From: Camelus ferus
Lineage: Eukaryota
Direction: 5' to 3'
DNA: 64,000 nt
Assembly (NCBI RefSeq): GCF_009834535.1
Contig: NC_045696.1
Span: 99,078,001 to 99,142,000, forward strand
Shown piece by piece: positions 23,551-35,616 of the stretch. Numbering within the stretch: position 1 is the stretch's first letter; each line of letters begins with the position of its first letter. The notes beneath the pieces were generated by a model. The model was not told the DNA's origin. It ran no database searches and saw only the letters and a program-made list of their open reading frames with translations. The translations under genes were made by a program, and so were the position numbers.

Positions 23551-26500
23551 TTAGGAAGAAGTCTTTTAATTCCCAATACACGTTGCAGTTTACCATTTGC
23601 AGGCTAAGACCAGCTATAGTCTCAATAGATCAAAACAGAGTTGAAATTTAAAGAGAAAATGTTTAAACTAATTCGCAAAAAGCTTGCAAGAATCTCAAAG
23701 CAAAAATTGCCTTGTTGTTGCTCTAGAATTTTCTAATTTCCTGATTCTAAGAAAAATGTTTCAGTGGGAATTGACTTCAGGATTGTAGAGCAGTGATGAA
23801 AGGGGGGTCAGGTTAGTGGAAAAACTCTGGATTCATTTTAAAAAAGGTAAGTCTATGTTGGCAAGTCACTTCTTTAGACAGTTTGCAAACTCTTCTGAAA
23901 ATACAGAACTTGCTCAAAAGCTGGTCCCATTGAGAAGCCAGGGACTGAGTTTAGGAGAAGGCGATGAAGAGAGAGGAGAATGAGAAATAGTACAGAAGCA
24001 GGGGTGACTGATAGCAGGTGGCTTAATGCTTCCTGGGCAGGCAGGTTAGGTCCAGCCCTTAGTGGACAGTAACCGACCTGAACTGTTGAGTCGGAAGGGG
24101 TAGGGAGAAGCAGGGATCTTTTCTAATGGAGGAGAAAGTCTTGACCGCAGAGGTACAACTGGCATCAATGCACTTCTCTTCTTTGGTAGTTTCTATTTAG
24201 CCATCACAGCCTCAGCCCAGGAAGGACCAGCACTGAGAAATACACCATGGCAAGAAAAGGACAGAACAGAGATGGGGCACGTTGCTCACGAGACCGTCAA
24301 AAGTCAATGAGTCCATTGTTTGGCCACAGAGCGAGAAGCTGTGTGAACAGTTGAGAGGTAATGACACGAGCTGGCACTGGCTTTGAGTAAGCTTGCTCTC
24401 CTTGATGGGGATCAAAAGAAGAAAATTGATGGTGTCTGATTTCTTATTTCTTCATTATCTGGTGTTTTGTTATGACCAATCACTCTTTACTGAGCAGTTA
24501 TTTAATTAATGATTTTCATTTTAATAAAAAAAGATACATATTAGTAAAGAGAGCATACATGTCCTTTTTATCAATCAATTTCTGCATCTCATCCATTTGA
24601 ATCTGGAGGAGGACTAAATGACAAGGATATGGGACAGAATATGCAACACCATTACCTAGGGGTCATTGCCTTAATTTCCAGCCAAGACAGAGAAACAAAC
24701 ATATCTTCAAGGCCAGCCAAATTTGAAGGTCTACATGAATCGCTCAGTGACCTTCAGGTTTTAAAGCACGGTCATAAACCATGTGAATCTGAAATTCACA
24801 AAGGAAGGATATGGGGGGAAAAAAAAAAGAATTTGAGGCTACTTCCACCCAAGTTCAGTGAACCTGTTATCTAGCAAAACTTCCAGAGAACACAGCCTGA
24901 TTCACAAAAGTAACAGTTGTAAAGATGATTTGGGGGCAAATACGCTTAACCTTTCTGCTGTAGAGACAGACTCCAAAGTCCTGATCCTCTGAAACACAGA
25001 ATTAGGAGGGAGTTATACAGAAAAGTTCTAAGGCCTGTTTCTGCTTCATAGAGGATTCAATCCACCCCTCAGAATGAGTAAATTGCTAGGTGTTAAAAAA
25101 AAAAAAAAAGGAAAATATAACTTCAAACTCACCTGTAACAAAATGATTTTTTGCCATCTGTTTCTCATTCATTTACACTCAATTAATCAAAAAAAATTTA
25201 AGTTCCCTGTCAGCAAAGAGGATGGGAGCCTTTCAAAATAAACATTTAAGACTTCGTATTTGCAAACTGGGGGAAGAGGACAGTGTTTCAACCAGCAAGT
25301 ATGACCTGCCCTGATATAATTTGTTTTCCTAACACCTCAAAATAATATAGTGCATTATTTTTTCACATAAATTTAAAATAGGCAACTGTCCTATTTTAAC
25401 CTTCAATATTTAAATTGACAAGTGACATTTTATAAACCCCAATTTGTGGTCACCTATATTTTAAAAAGAGCAAAACTTCTGGAGGCAATCTGTAATGTTT
25501 AAAAAAAACTTCTAATGAATAATTTAATATGTGGATATCCACATAGCATCAGAGGAAAATATTCTGACTTGTACAGAATATAAAATAGAAAAATTAATAT
25601 GACACATGGATAACACACTTTTAGTAAAATACAACATCCTTTCTATCTCTTAGATCCCATGTGATGTTGCAGTTGCTATAGTAACTGTATTTTTGTTCTG
25701 CAGGAAAATACTTATGTACAGAATGCTTACATTCACTCACCAAATTCTCGGGAAAAATTAGACCAAAAGGAAGTGATGAATTAAAATTCTCTGTAGAGAA
25801 GATACTCTTGCCCATTAATTTTAAAATTACCATCAAATATTTTTATCAAGCATGTTTTTTCCACACAAATATTATTGTTCTTCATAAATGTCATCTTCTT
25901 AGAAACAACAATGGCTGAGCTAGAAAGAATTCTTAACTTCTCCTAGCTTAGTAGTTTGCATGGAGAACAACATGTGAAACAGATTAATTACTTTCCTCAG
26001 TTGTGCACCATTGAATAAAAATGGTAGAAACATTTTTTTTTTATTTCAGTTCTAAGCTCCCAATGCACTGGTTGCTACCCTCCCCCAAAATGAGTCTTAC
26101 AAACCGCCTCAGTGGCACATCCGTTGAATAAATACTCAACACACTACATTTGCCAACAAAGTCCTAAAATCAACTTGGTAAATGTCACGATCCTTAATGC
26201 TATTGTGGGAGAAATGAAGGGCGCTCCTTGAGTCCGTTTGGCTAGGACCGTGAGCGTACTTTGTTTCCCCAAGAGAAGAAAGAAGAGCAGTAAACCATTT
26301 TTGCAGAATGTCATTCTCCCACAACAGTATATGAAAGAAACATCTGTGACAAGAATCTCTAATGCTTTGCTCAAAGCCACGGCTGACAGTCAAAGAGCAT
26401 TGCTCAAAGTGGCAAATCAATCCCATTCTGCCCTTCCCAGAGCATGACACCTAATTTGCTCTGTCGCACATGTATTTTCCTCACATGTGTGGAGACTGTG

Positions 26501-26919
26501 TCATTGATGTGGTGGCTTTCATCCAAGCCTCAGCTGAATAAATACTTGGCCATACAGTGGGCAAACTGGCATCCTTGAAAAAGTCTTCTGTCCCGGGCAA
26601 GTTCACTTCACCTCAGGGAAGCATTTTTCTAAGTTTTAGTTTGCAGTTTAGGTAACATAAACGGAATCTCTGAACACTGTTTGGAAAACCTTAAATCACC
26701 TGACACACATAGAGCACATTCTGTACTTTTGAAACCAGTTTTCTCGGTGTAATGCAATTTTTATGTGACTACCTGAAAACATAGGCAAGTCCGATAGGCA
26801 GAAACAAGTAACAGTATGTATGTTTCTAATCAAATTATTCCATTGCCGAACATGTACTTTTTTTAAAAAGCATAGGGAATAACTGTATTATGTACGTCTG
26901 AAACATGTACCATTGCCTT

Positions 26920-27067
26920 TTTTGGTAAACATTTTATTGATGTATAAAATATAACCCACAATACTCACAGATCTTATGTGTACAGCTTGATGAATTTTGC
27001 AAAGTGAATACAGTTGTGACTAAGTACAGAACATTATCAGGACCATGGAAGCCCCCATTATAACTCC
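26920..27067 (-). mobile_element. L1M 3' terminus
   Basis: ttttattgatgtataa...cacagatcttatgtgtacagcttgatgaatttt...agaacattatcaggaccatggaagcccc; degenerate flanks ctgaaacat... Confidence 0.8.
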
Positions 27068-27699
27068 CTGAAACATACAATGGCTTTTAAATTTGACACT
27101 AGAATCTTCAACCAATATGAAAATTCCATTTAAAGGATATCAATCAAATAATTAAAGTTCTAGTAAACGGTATGGGTAACATCAAGGTCCCTGTAGTTAA
27201 TAAGGATCTCTCTCTCTATGTGTCTTCCATCAGGCTGCAAGTGATTCTTTTTATCTTCCAACACTCAGGGAAATCATCAATTACCATGACCTCCAAATTG
27301 CCCAATTTTTAAAATTCCACTGAAGTTTTATAAAAATATAGGCGTGGTAAAGGAATAAAGCAGTTTATGCCGTATCTTCCATGAATTGTTTTGATTATTC
27401 AATTTCCCTTCCTTCCAGAGAGCTGTAATGTAAATTCCTTTCCTTAATTTAAATTATACTTAAGAAGGGAGAATATATATTCTATAATTTTCTCTGTCTC
27501 TCAGATTTCTCTTCAATATAATTCCAAAAGCAAAAAAAAAAAAACAAAAAAAAACCATCTACTCTTTAAAACATTTAATAAGAATAAATGCATTCTGTCA
27601 TACTCTTTGACCCACAGCTCAAACTTAGATGCTCTCTCTCCAAGATGAAAAGTAACTGATAAGGTCCCATGACCATAAGAAGCAGTCCAAATCTGTGTT

Positions 27700-28295
27700 A
27701 GCAGCTCTATCTGAAATCTCAGACTAGAATTTTAGTAGCCTCGCCAGGACTTTCAGGTAAGTTTCACTTACTCACTTCAAGAGCTCTTTATGTTCAGAAC
27801 TAAATATCCCCTATATTGATTAACTAACCCAGAAGGCCAAACTTCAGGGTCATCTTTGGCAATGTCTTCTTGTCGGCTCTTAGATTCAAACAAATTAGTT
27901 TGAGTCTAACTGCTGTCTTTAAGTCTGTCTCCTACTGTCTTTTCCCCATGCTACTGAAGTCCTTACTGTTTTCTGGACATGCTACTTCATATGACATTTC
28001 ATCTCTCCGGAATGACTTGTCCCTCTTTTGTCTTATGCCTCAGCCTTCAAAGCCCATCTTGAAATGGTTCCTCCTCCAGGGGCCATCCTTGCCCCAGCCC
28101 CTGCTCTGGTGCAGAACCATGTCTTCCTTTGCTTCTCTCATACCGTGTTTCACCCTGAATAATTACAGTCCTTTGTGTCCTCCATGGGAACAGGAACACG
28201 TTGGGCTGAAACAAAACTTCTTCATCTTTACATTTCCAATGCCTAATATATTACCTGACATATAATATATGGTAACAATGAAAGAATAAAAATAA
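27700..28295 (+). mobile_element. L2 3' region
   Basis: ccttcaaagcccatcttgaaatggttcctcctccagg...ccaatgcctaatatattacctgacatataata. Confidence 0.65.
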
Positions 28296-28334
28296 AATAA
28301 AATAAAAATGCTCTCTCTAAAAAGCACAGAACAT

Positions 28335-28400
28335 CCAGTAGATGACTTTGGGCAAATAACAATCTGCCTGAGTCCCCTTTCTTATCTCAAGATTAGATGT
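28335..28400 (+). mobile_element. MIR fragment
   Basis: tgactttgggcaaataac...ctgagtcccctttcttatct. Confidence 0.5.
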
Positions 28401-29508
28401 GCTATAACAAGGGGGTAAGAGAAGAGGTACTGCAGAAGTGGAGCCCAGTCTCACCAGCAGCACCCAAGAAATACCACAGGTGCAGAGTACTCGGGGGCTG
28501 GAAGCAACATGGGGCTGGGAATGAAAGATGAGATTATTACTGAAATACAGACAAAGCTTTGGGGCAAGTGCCCTGCTCTTATGACTAAGTACAGTTTTTA
28601 TGCTCTCAAAAGATGGAAGCCTCAACTCAGACAGGCAAGAAGGATCAACTCAAAGCAGTTTTGAAAATTAAAGCATTCCTTTGGAAAGGGAAAAAAAGTG
28701 AATGAGTTGGATTAAATCATATCTCATGCTTGACGTACTATTGTCATTTAAAAACTGATCTTAGAAAACATTCATGCTTCACATACACCACACTGTTTGT
28801 TTCATTATCGTCCTTGGTAGGAAAAAAAAAAGTCCTTTTTTTCATAGCTGTATGGTAAGTGGCCCCAGACGTCGAAGTGAGTACGCAGTGCTAGTGACAT
28901 TCTAACTTCTGGTTATTGCACGTGTGTGCCCTGGAGTGCCCTAGGTCAAGGTAGTGTATCTAAAGGTACATTTTAGACACGATAGTATAATTGTGTTTGA
29001 AATATCTAGTACAAATATGTTTGAAAGAGATTTGTTACCATACAACAAAAAGAACCAAAAATGTCAGAGATGAAAGGTCAGAGAACTTTTGCAATTACAG
29101 TCTGGAGCTCTACTCCACACATGACATTTGAAAGTGTGTAAAGATCATAAAGCTTCTTCCCTTACCCACGAGCCCAGATCAAGAACAAGAGGGCTTCAAA
29201 GGGCTTAGCAGAGATGTCCTCACTTCTTGCACACTCTCTACATCAAGGGATCCCAGAAATCTGCAATGTCCAGCCTAAGAGTCCTTTCTGCCCAAAAGAG
29301 AGGACTGAGCATAAAGGAAAGGTACAGAAAGGAACATAAAGGGCGGAGAACTTCCTCTGAATCACTCTTTACCCATAAATGGACCTGTTTTCTGATCCTC
29401 AGGGCCAAGGGTATTGATTTGATATAAATTTTCTTTAAAAATACTCTGAGGAACCGAAAGCCTCAAGTGTTCATCAGCAACACACAATCAGCCTGAGACA
29501 ACTCAAAG

Positions 29509-31399
29509 AAATGCAACCAATTTCTGTAAGTTGATTTTCTTTCCTGCAACTTTGTGTATTTATTTATTAGTTCTAATAGTTTTTGGTGGAGTCTTCAGGG
29601 TTTTCCGTATATAGCATCATGTCATCTGTAAACAGCAATAGTTTTGCTTCCTGCTTTCCAACTCGAATGCCTTTTATCTCTTTTCCATGTCTAGTTACTG
29701 TGGCTAGAACTTTTAATATTAAGTTGATTAAAAGTGGTAATAGTGGTCATCCTTGTCTTGTTCCTGATCTTAAAAGAAAAGCTTTCAGCTTTTCACCATT
29801 AAGTGTGATATTAGCTGTGGGTCTGTCATATACGGCCTTTATTACATTGAGGTATGTTCCCTCTATACCTTGTCTGTTGACAGTTTTTATCATAGACGGA
29901 TGTTAAAGAAACAGACTTACAGCCATAGAAAGCAAACTTACGCATCCTCTAATCTGCTGTTCATTCCCTCTAGTGTGTTTCTCATGTCCATTATATATTC
30001 TCTAGTTCTGATTGGTTTTTTTGTTTGTTTGTTTTGTTTTCTATCTTTAAGTTCTCACTGAGTTCATCCATTTTTCTCTTGAGTTCAGTGAGCATCTTTA
30101 CAATCATTACCTTGAACTCTTTATCTGGTAAACTGCTTATCTCCATTTCATTTAGCTCTTTATCTGAAGTTTTGTCCTTTTTGTTTCGAAGGTATTCCTT
30201 TGTCTCCCCATTTTGCCTAACATTCTGTGTTTGTTTCTGTGTATTAGATATATCAGCTTTGTCTCCCAGTCTTGAAGAGTGGCCTTATATAGAAGGTGGA
30301 GTCTAATGATGCTACTGCCCCTGGTCACCATAACCATGTGTCCCAGGAGCATCCCCTGTGTGGGTTGTGTGTGCCCTCCTGTTGTGGCTGGGCCTTAGTT
30401 TCTCTGAGCATGGTAATGGGTGCAGCTGGCCCCTAGCCCAGCTTGCTTAGAAGTCTGGCGTGATCACTGCAGGTGCACTGAGGTGTGGGGTTGGCTCCCA
30501 GCACTACTGGCTGCAAGGCCTGGCCATGTTTGCTGAGTGCACTGGTTTGCTGAATTGGCCCCCAGGAACAGGAGCTACTTTGGCGGGGCACCAGTGCCCA
30601 ACCAGGGCCACCTGCTAGGTAAGGCTGGGAGGAAGATGCTTTAGATGGGTACTGGTGCTGACCAGGGCGACCTGCCAGGTGGGGTGGGATGGGAGCTGCT
30701 TTGAAAGGGGCAACTGAGATGAGTGGGTTAGGCAGAGCAGGTCTTTAGGGGAACACGGAGGTGGGGAACACTGTGTTAGCTAGGTTGATGGAGGGTGACA
30801 GAAACGGCGCCTGACAATGCTGGGCCAGCTAGGTGAAAAAAGAGTTGGAATAAAATGGCTTACATCCTTAGATAAATTTTCACCAGATTCCTACCCATCA
30901 GGCACACACCCTATAATTTGTCAATGACTCTTCTCATATGACCCAGGTAGTTTTCAAGCTGTTGCCTCTGCACTGGGACCCAGAGTGAGTGAGTTTGTGT
31001 GCAAGCCCTTCAAGAGGAGAGACCCAGTTTCCAACAGCCCTCTAGCTCTCCTGGATATAAGCCCCACTGGTTCTCAAAGCCAGACATTGTGGGTGCTCAT
31101 CTTCCAGGTGCAAGTCCCCTGGGCTGGGGAGCCCAACATGCCCTTCAGGGGTTGTAGTATCTCTCCTGTTTAGGGGTCACAGAACCTGGAGTGTGGGTTC
31201 TGAATAAACTGCGTCTCTGCCCCTCTTACTCATCCTGATGTGGCCTTTTATTTATATCCTCAGTTGTAGAAAATCTGTTCTGCTAGCCTTACAGCTGTTC
31301 TTAGGGGTAGTTACTCTACACGCAGCTGTAGTTCCAGTGTGTTCGTGGGGCGAGGCGATCACGGGATCTTCCTACTCTGCTATCATCAGCCAGACTCCC
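29509..31399 (-). mobile_element. internally deleted L1: 5'UTR and ORF1 start joined to a mid-ORF2 fragment, no 3' end
   Basis: 29509-29904 antisense ORF2 (atcatgtcatctgtaaacag, catccttgtcttgttcctgatctta); 29943-~30300 antisense ORF1 start; ~30300-31399 GC-rich 5'UTR ending cctactctgctatcatcagccagactccc. Confidence 0.85.
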
Positions 31400-31444
31400 A
31401 TGTATAAAACTGGGAACTTAAAAAAAAAAGATTCAGTGCAGTGT

Positions 31445-31630
31445 TTAAAATGAAAGTCAAAACGATGGTTACTTCTTGTAGGGTGTATGATCAAGAAGGG
31501 ACATAGAAGGAGCTTCTGAATGATCAAAAGTTCAATTTTGTACTTGAATGATGATGACATTAAGGGAGTTGTTTTTCACTTGTTCATTTATGTTTCATGC
31601 ACTTTTCTGTATATGCTGATCTTCACAATT
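31445..31630 (+). mobile_element. old L1ME 3' terminus
   Basis: gatggttacttctt...gggacatagaaggagcttctg...atgcacttttctgtatatg..atcttcacaat. Confidence 0.7.
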
Positions 31631-31959
31631 ACGCAGACATATATGGGAAGAGAATTCTTCCCAAAAGCTTCCTTTATTAATCTGCTTTCTAGGGCTCTGA
31701 AAGGAGTCTTGCTCATCATAATAGTCCTGCACTCTCTGAGCTATCTTCCGGTATCCAGTCATCACCACTTCCAATAATCCTTAGCGCTAACTATCTATTA
31801 ACTAGCTATCTAGTTAGCTATCTTCCACCCTCTTATCGAATACTATCAGATGACCTCCAAAAGCAACAGGTTCAAAACAACTCAATCACTTCTCCCTGAA
31901 GCTTCTTTCCTCATTAGCTTCTCTCCAGATTTTTTAACCTGTGTTTGTTTCTTAATTAA

Positions 31960-32265
31960 AAGAGAACCTGACCTAAGCTAAGCCAATCAAATTCTTTCCC
32001 TGTGATTTTTCTGAATTACAACTAAGAGGATCAGTCCTTTGGGACAGGTGTGTGTCAGAGGTGGCAAGACTCAAGGATGCCCGGTTACCATATATCCTAG
32101 AAGAGAAAACCAGTCTGCGGGACAAGAGATCTCAGCTGACACAGAGAAAAGAAGTCACAACAGATAGAGAAACAGAGTCTGGCAAGAGTCAAGTCCTGTA
32201 CACCAGATGAGGTTCTGCTTATCCTTGCCCTTCACGAACATGTGAGTGGCATTTTTATTCAATAA
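31960..32265 (+). mobile_element. ERVL LTR fragment (LTR33/LTR16-like)
   Basis: tgacctaagctaagccaatcaaattctttccctg...agctgacacagagaaaag..agatagagaaacagagtc. Confidence 0.55.
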
Positions 32266-32489
32266 ATAAAATACTACTCAGAGGATCTAGGTAAACTGCT
32301 GTTACTCACACTCCTCGTTGTATATGACAACGACCATGAGATTTCTGCATGAACAACAAATTACTGTAATATACCTATAAAATAATGATGGCTTTATAAT
32401 TTATGCACAGTTTACCTCTGATACACCCAGAAAATTTATACTGTATTTTTTAACTTATGAGCTACGTATAATGCTTAGAGCTATTAAAT

Positions 32490-33005
32490 TAAGTATGTAG
32501 TATTTACAATACATTTGAAAAAGAAGGAGATCCTGCCATCTACAACAATTGGATGAACCCTGAAGGCATTGTGCTGTGTGAAATTAGCCAGACAAAGACA
32601 AAGACTACATGGTATCACTTACATGTGGAATCCAAAGGGGGAAAAAAGTAAGGCAAACTCATAGAAACAGAGGATCGAGTAGGAGTTACCAGGAGTATGG
32701 AGACAGGGAAAATTAGTCAAAGGGTACAAACTTTCATTTATAAGTAAGTTCTGAGGATCTAATGTACAGCTTGGGGCTCATAGTTAATAATATTGTACTG
32801 AATACTTAAAATCTGCTAAGAGAGTACATTTTCACCGTTCTCATTAAAAAAGAAAAGGTAACCATGTGAGGTGTATATGTGTTAAGTAACTTGACTGTGG
32901 TAATCATTTCACAATGTATGTGTATGTCAAATCATCATCATGTTGTACATGTCATGTAATATATTACAACTGTATTTGTCAATTAAACCTCAATAAATGT
33001 GAAAT
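32490..33005 (+). mobile_element. L1MA-type 3'UTR
   Basis: aaaaagaaggagatcctgccat...gggtacaaactttca..tataag...ttctgaggatctaatgtacagc...ttgtcaattaaacctcaataaa. Confidence 0.9.
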
Positions 33006-33661
33006 AATACATATTTTTCAGGTTGAATGCAGTCTCTAATTAATGTTAATTAACTTAAGGGAACCTACCTAACATCTGTCTAAGAATGATGTCTTCATAT
33101 TGATTTCAACAATTTGAACAAAAGCAGGAGATGGAGTTTCCCTTTTCTTGGAGCCATTTTAATGTGTGAATAAAATGTATATGTCAGTCTAACAACTGAA
33201 AAGTTCTACAAGGCAGAAGAAAATGAGGTAAGACTTCAGCTAAAAAATCAATAAAAGGAAAAGACACATTTTTAAGGAATAAGGAATAGACCTTAGAACG
33301 CATGCCCATTCACATCACATCATCTTATGCAGATCCATATGCTGTCTAATATTTACTTAAAATGGCTGATCTCCATAGCAACCAGTGAATCAAATGGTAC
33401 ATGAGCTGACTGTGAAGTGCAGATATTTGTCTTTCTTACAGTAAAACTGACTATCCAATAAACACAATTGATTATGCAACCCTATTGTTTTAACCTCATG
33501 TATGTGGGATAATAGATATTTTAAATATGTGTTCTCCAGCCTACAGTTGGTGGCATCACTATTGTTTTTCCATTAATTTAGCTTTCAGCTTTCTTTACTT
33601 TGATGATTTAAAAATGGAGATTAGCAAAGTTAAAACCAATGAGATTGATTTGAGTATGGAG

Positions 33662-34297
33662 TGTGGTCAGCAGAATAATAGCCCTCAAAGACGCCCGAGC
33701 CCGGGGGAGGGTATAGCTCAGTGGTAGAGCGTGTGTTTAACATGCACGAGGTCCTGGGTTCAATCCCCAGTATCTCTGTTAAAAAATAAATAAACAAACA
33801 AACCTAATTACCTCTCCCACTTAAAAAAAATGTGAAAAAAAAAGATGTCCAAGCCCTGGTCCCTGGAACCTGTGAGGATGTTACCTTACGTGGAAAAGGG
33901 ACTTTGCAGATGTAATTAAGGGTTCAGACGTTGAGATGGAGGGATTATCCAGGATTATTTGAGTGAGCGCAGTCTAATCACATGAGCCTTTAAGAGCAGA
34001 AAACCTTTCCCAGTTGAGGTCCCAAAAAAGACATGATGACAGCAGAAAGCTCAGAGCGATGCTACGTTGCTGATTTTGAAGATGAAGGAAGGGAGCATGA
34101 GCCAAGCGATGCAAGTGGCTTCCAGAAGCTGGAAAAGGTAAGGAAGTTGAATCTCCACAGAGGAAGACTGCCCCACTGACACTGTGATAGTGTCAGACTG
34201 CTGATCTTATGGAGTTATAAAATAATACATTTGAATGTTTAAGCCACTAAATGACGACCTTGTAGTTTGACGTAGCAGCAGTAGGAGACTAGTAAAC
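33662..34297 (+). mobile_element. MLT1D MaLR LTR, interrupted by a SINE
   Basis: tgtggtcagcagaataat...ccctggaacctgtga..atgttaccttac.tgg.aaagggactttgcagatgtaattaag...agcagcagtaggagactagtaaaca. Confidence 0.9.
33703..33840 (+). mobile_element. tRNA-derived SINE (camelid Vic-1 type)
   Basis: ggggagggtatagctcagtggtagagcg...ggtcctgggttcaatccccag; A box 33714-33724, B box 33757-33767; acctaattacctc tail motif; TSD aaagacgcccgagccc / aaagatgtccaagccc. Confidence 0.93.
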
Positions 34298-34688
34298 AAT
34301 GTGTGACATTGGTGTGACTTCATAAAGAAAGGCAGGAACCAGTTAAAGGGAAGGGGAGGACGATTCCTGCACTGTCTCATCCATACTGCATAGAATGTAA
34401 CTTGACATATCTAAGCAGAGCACATGTCCTTTCAAAAGGGTGATGGCCAGGACACAGAATTAGCAGGTTAGCATCCGTATCCAAGAGCCCTGGGACTATT
34501 CCAAGGGATTCATGAAAATTTGTGTCCTCTGCCAGGCTCTGTTTTATGCCACACTGAGCCTCCTTCAACTGCATAAATGACACTGAATCATAATTAAATG
34601 TGATAGCAGGCCCCAACCTGCCTGTCTTCCTTAAACAGACCACCAGGTCAGTTAAATACAAAATGTATTTTTCTTAAGACATTTTTAG

Positions 34689-34706
34689 GTGTGTGTGTGT
34701 GTGTGT
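34689..34706. repeat. (GT)9 microsatellite
   Basis: Directly visible. Confidence 0.9.
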
Positions 34707-35139
34707 ATTTACATATGTTTTTAATAATCAGGAAATCCTTTCCTCAAAAAATTATTTTTCTTTCTGAAGAGCCTTACCCAGAGTGGCTGTGAGAAGAGGG
34801 AGGGGAGAGATTAAACTCTTTGAATTCATTATCTCCTTTGTATATGAAATGACTTTTAAGCAAAGACATCATCTTTTCTGAAATGAAGCATACAGTAGAT
34901 GTTTAACAGCTTTTCTGGATGGTATTGGACAGAACTCTTCTTTCTCAGAACTGTGTAAGCAAGACTTGCTTTCTGGATCCTGGTCTAACACAACATGCTC
35001 TATGAACTGATGGAGTTAAGTCTTCAAAACAAATAATTATGTGCTTATTTAACCAAATGTTGTGTTTCCCTTTGCAATGAAAAGGATCCTATTTGGTTTC
35101 CTTTGCTGGTTTTTAACACTTTGTAGTTACACACTACTT

Positions 35140-35616
35140 CATCTCAACAACTTTCAGTGCGGTCCAAGAACCCCTGGTGGTCCCTAGTTTTCTTTCAAGG
35201 GGTCCAAGAAGTCCTCCTTTTTCCAATGATATATCCATGTGAAGCCAGATTTTTTAGATATTCTTCAACCTAAACAAAATATCCCGCAGACTGAAAGCAG
35301 AAGCAGATATGTGAGCCTCATTCTTCAGTTTGACATAGATTAAAGAAATCACAAAAGTGCTAGGCAACGACTCTTCTCACTGTTTTTTTTTAATTTTGGA
35401 TAATATAGATGTTTTCTTACAGATGTGATTTCTTTCAATACATAATGATTTATTAACATCATTTCAAAATGAATTCATGCAAAATGCTTTAATGTATTAA
35501 TTTCTAATATGAGAAATATTTATAGGTAGTATCCACATAAACAAAACGCTTTTAGGGTTCTCATTTGTTTTTAAGTGTAAAGGGATCCTGAATCCAAAAA
35601 GTTTGAAAACCACTGC
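35140..35616. mobile_element. hAT-Charlie non-autonomous element (Charlie1/MER119-like)
   Basis: gtgcggtccaagaacccctggtggtccc...ttcaaggggtcc...gactgaaagcagaagcagatatg...gtgtaaagggatcctgaatccaaaaagtttgaaaaccactg. Confidence 0.8.

Noticed and set aside
23765..23846. Exon ending at consensus donor aag|gtaagt
   Set aside because: No convincing pyrimidine tract at the acceptor; isolated donors (also ~27757, ~49684, ~58416) are expected by chance
30300..31399. GC-rich block as a host gene promoter or CpG island
   Set aside because: Contiguous with antisense L1 ORF1 and largely CpG-decayed; explained as an L1 5'UTR
33703..33775. tRNA-Ala-like gene (also 55850-55922)
   Set aside because: Acceptor stem is not intact, and it is followed by an A-rich tail and flanked by TSDs, so it is a SINE
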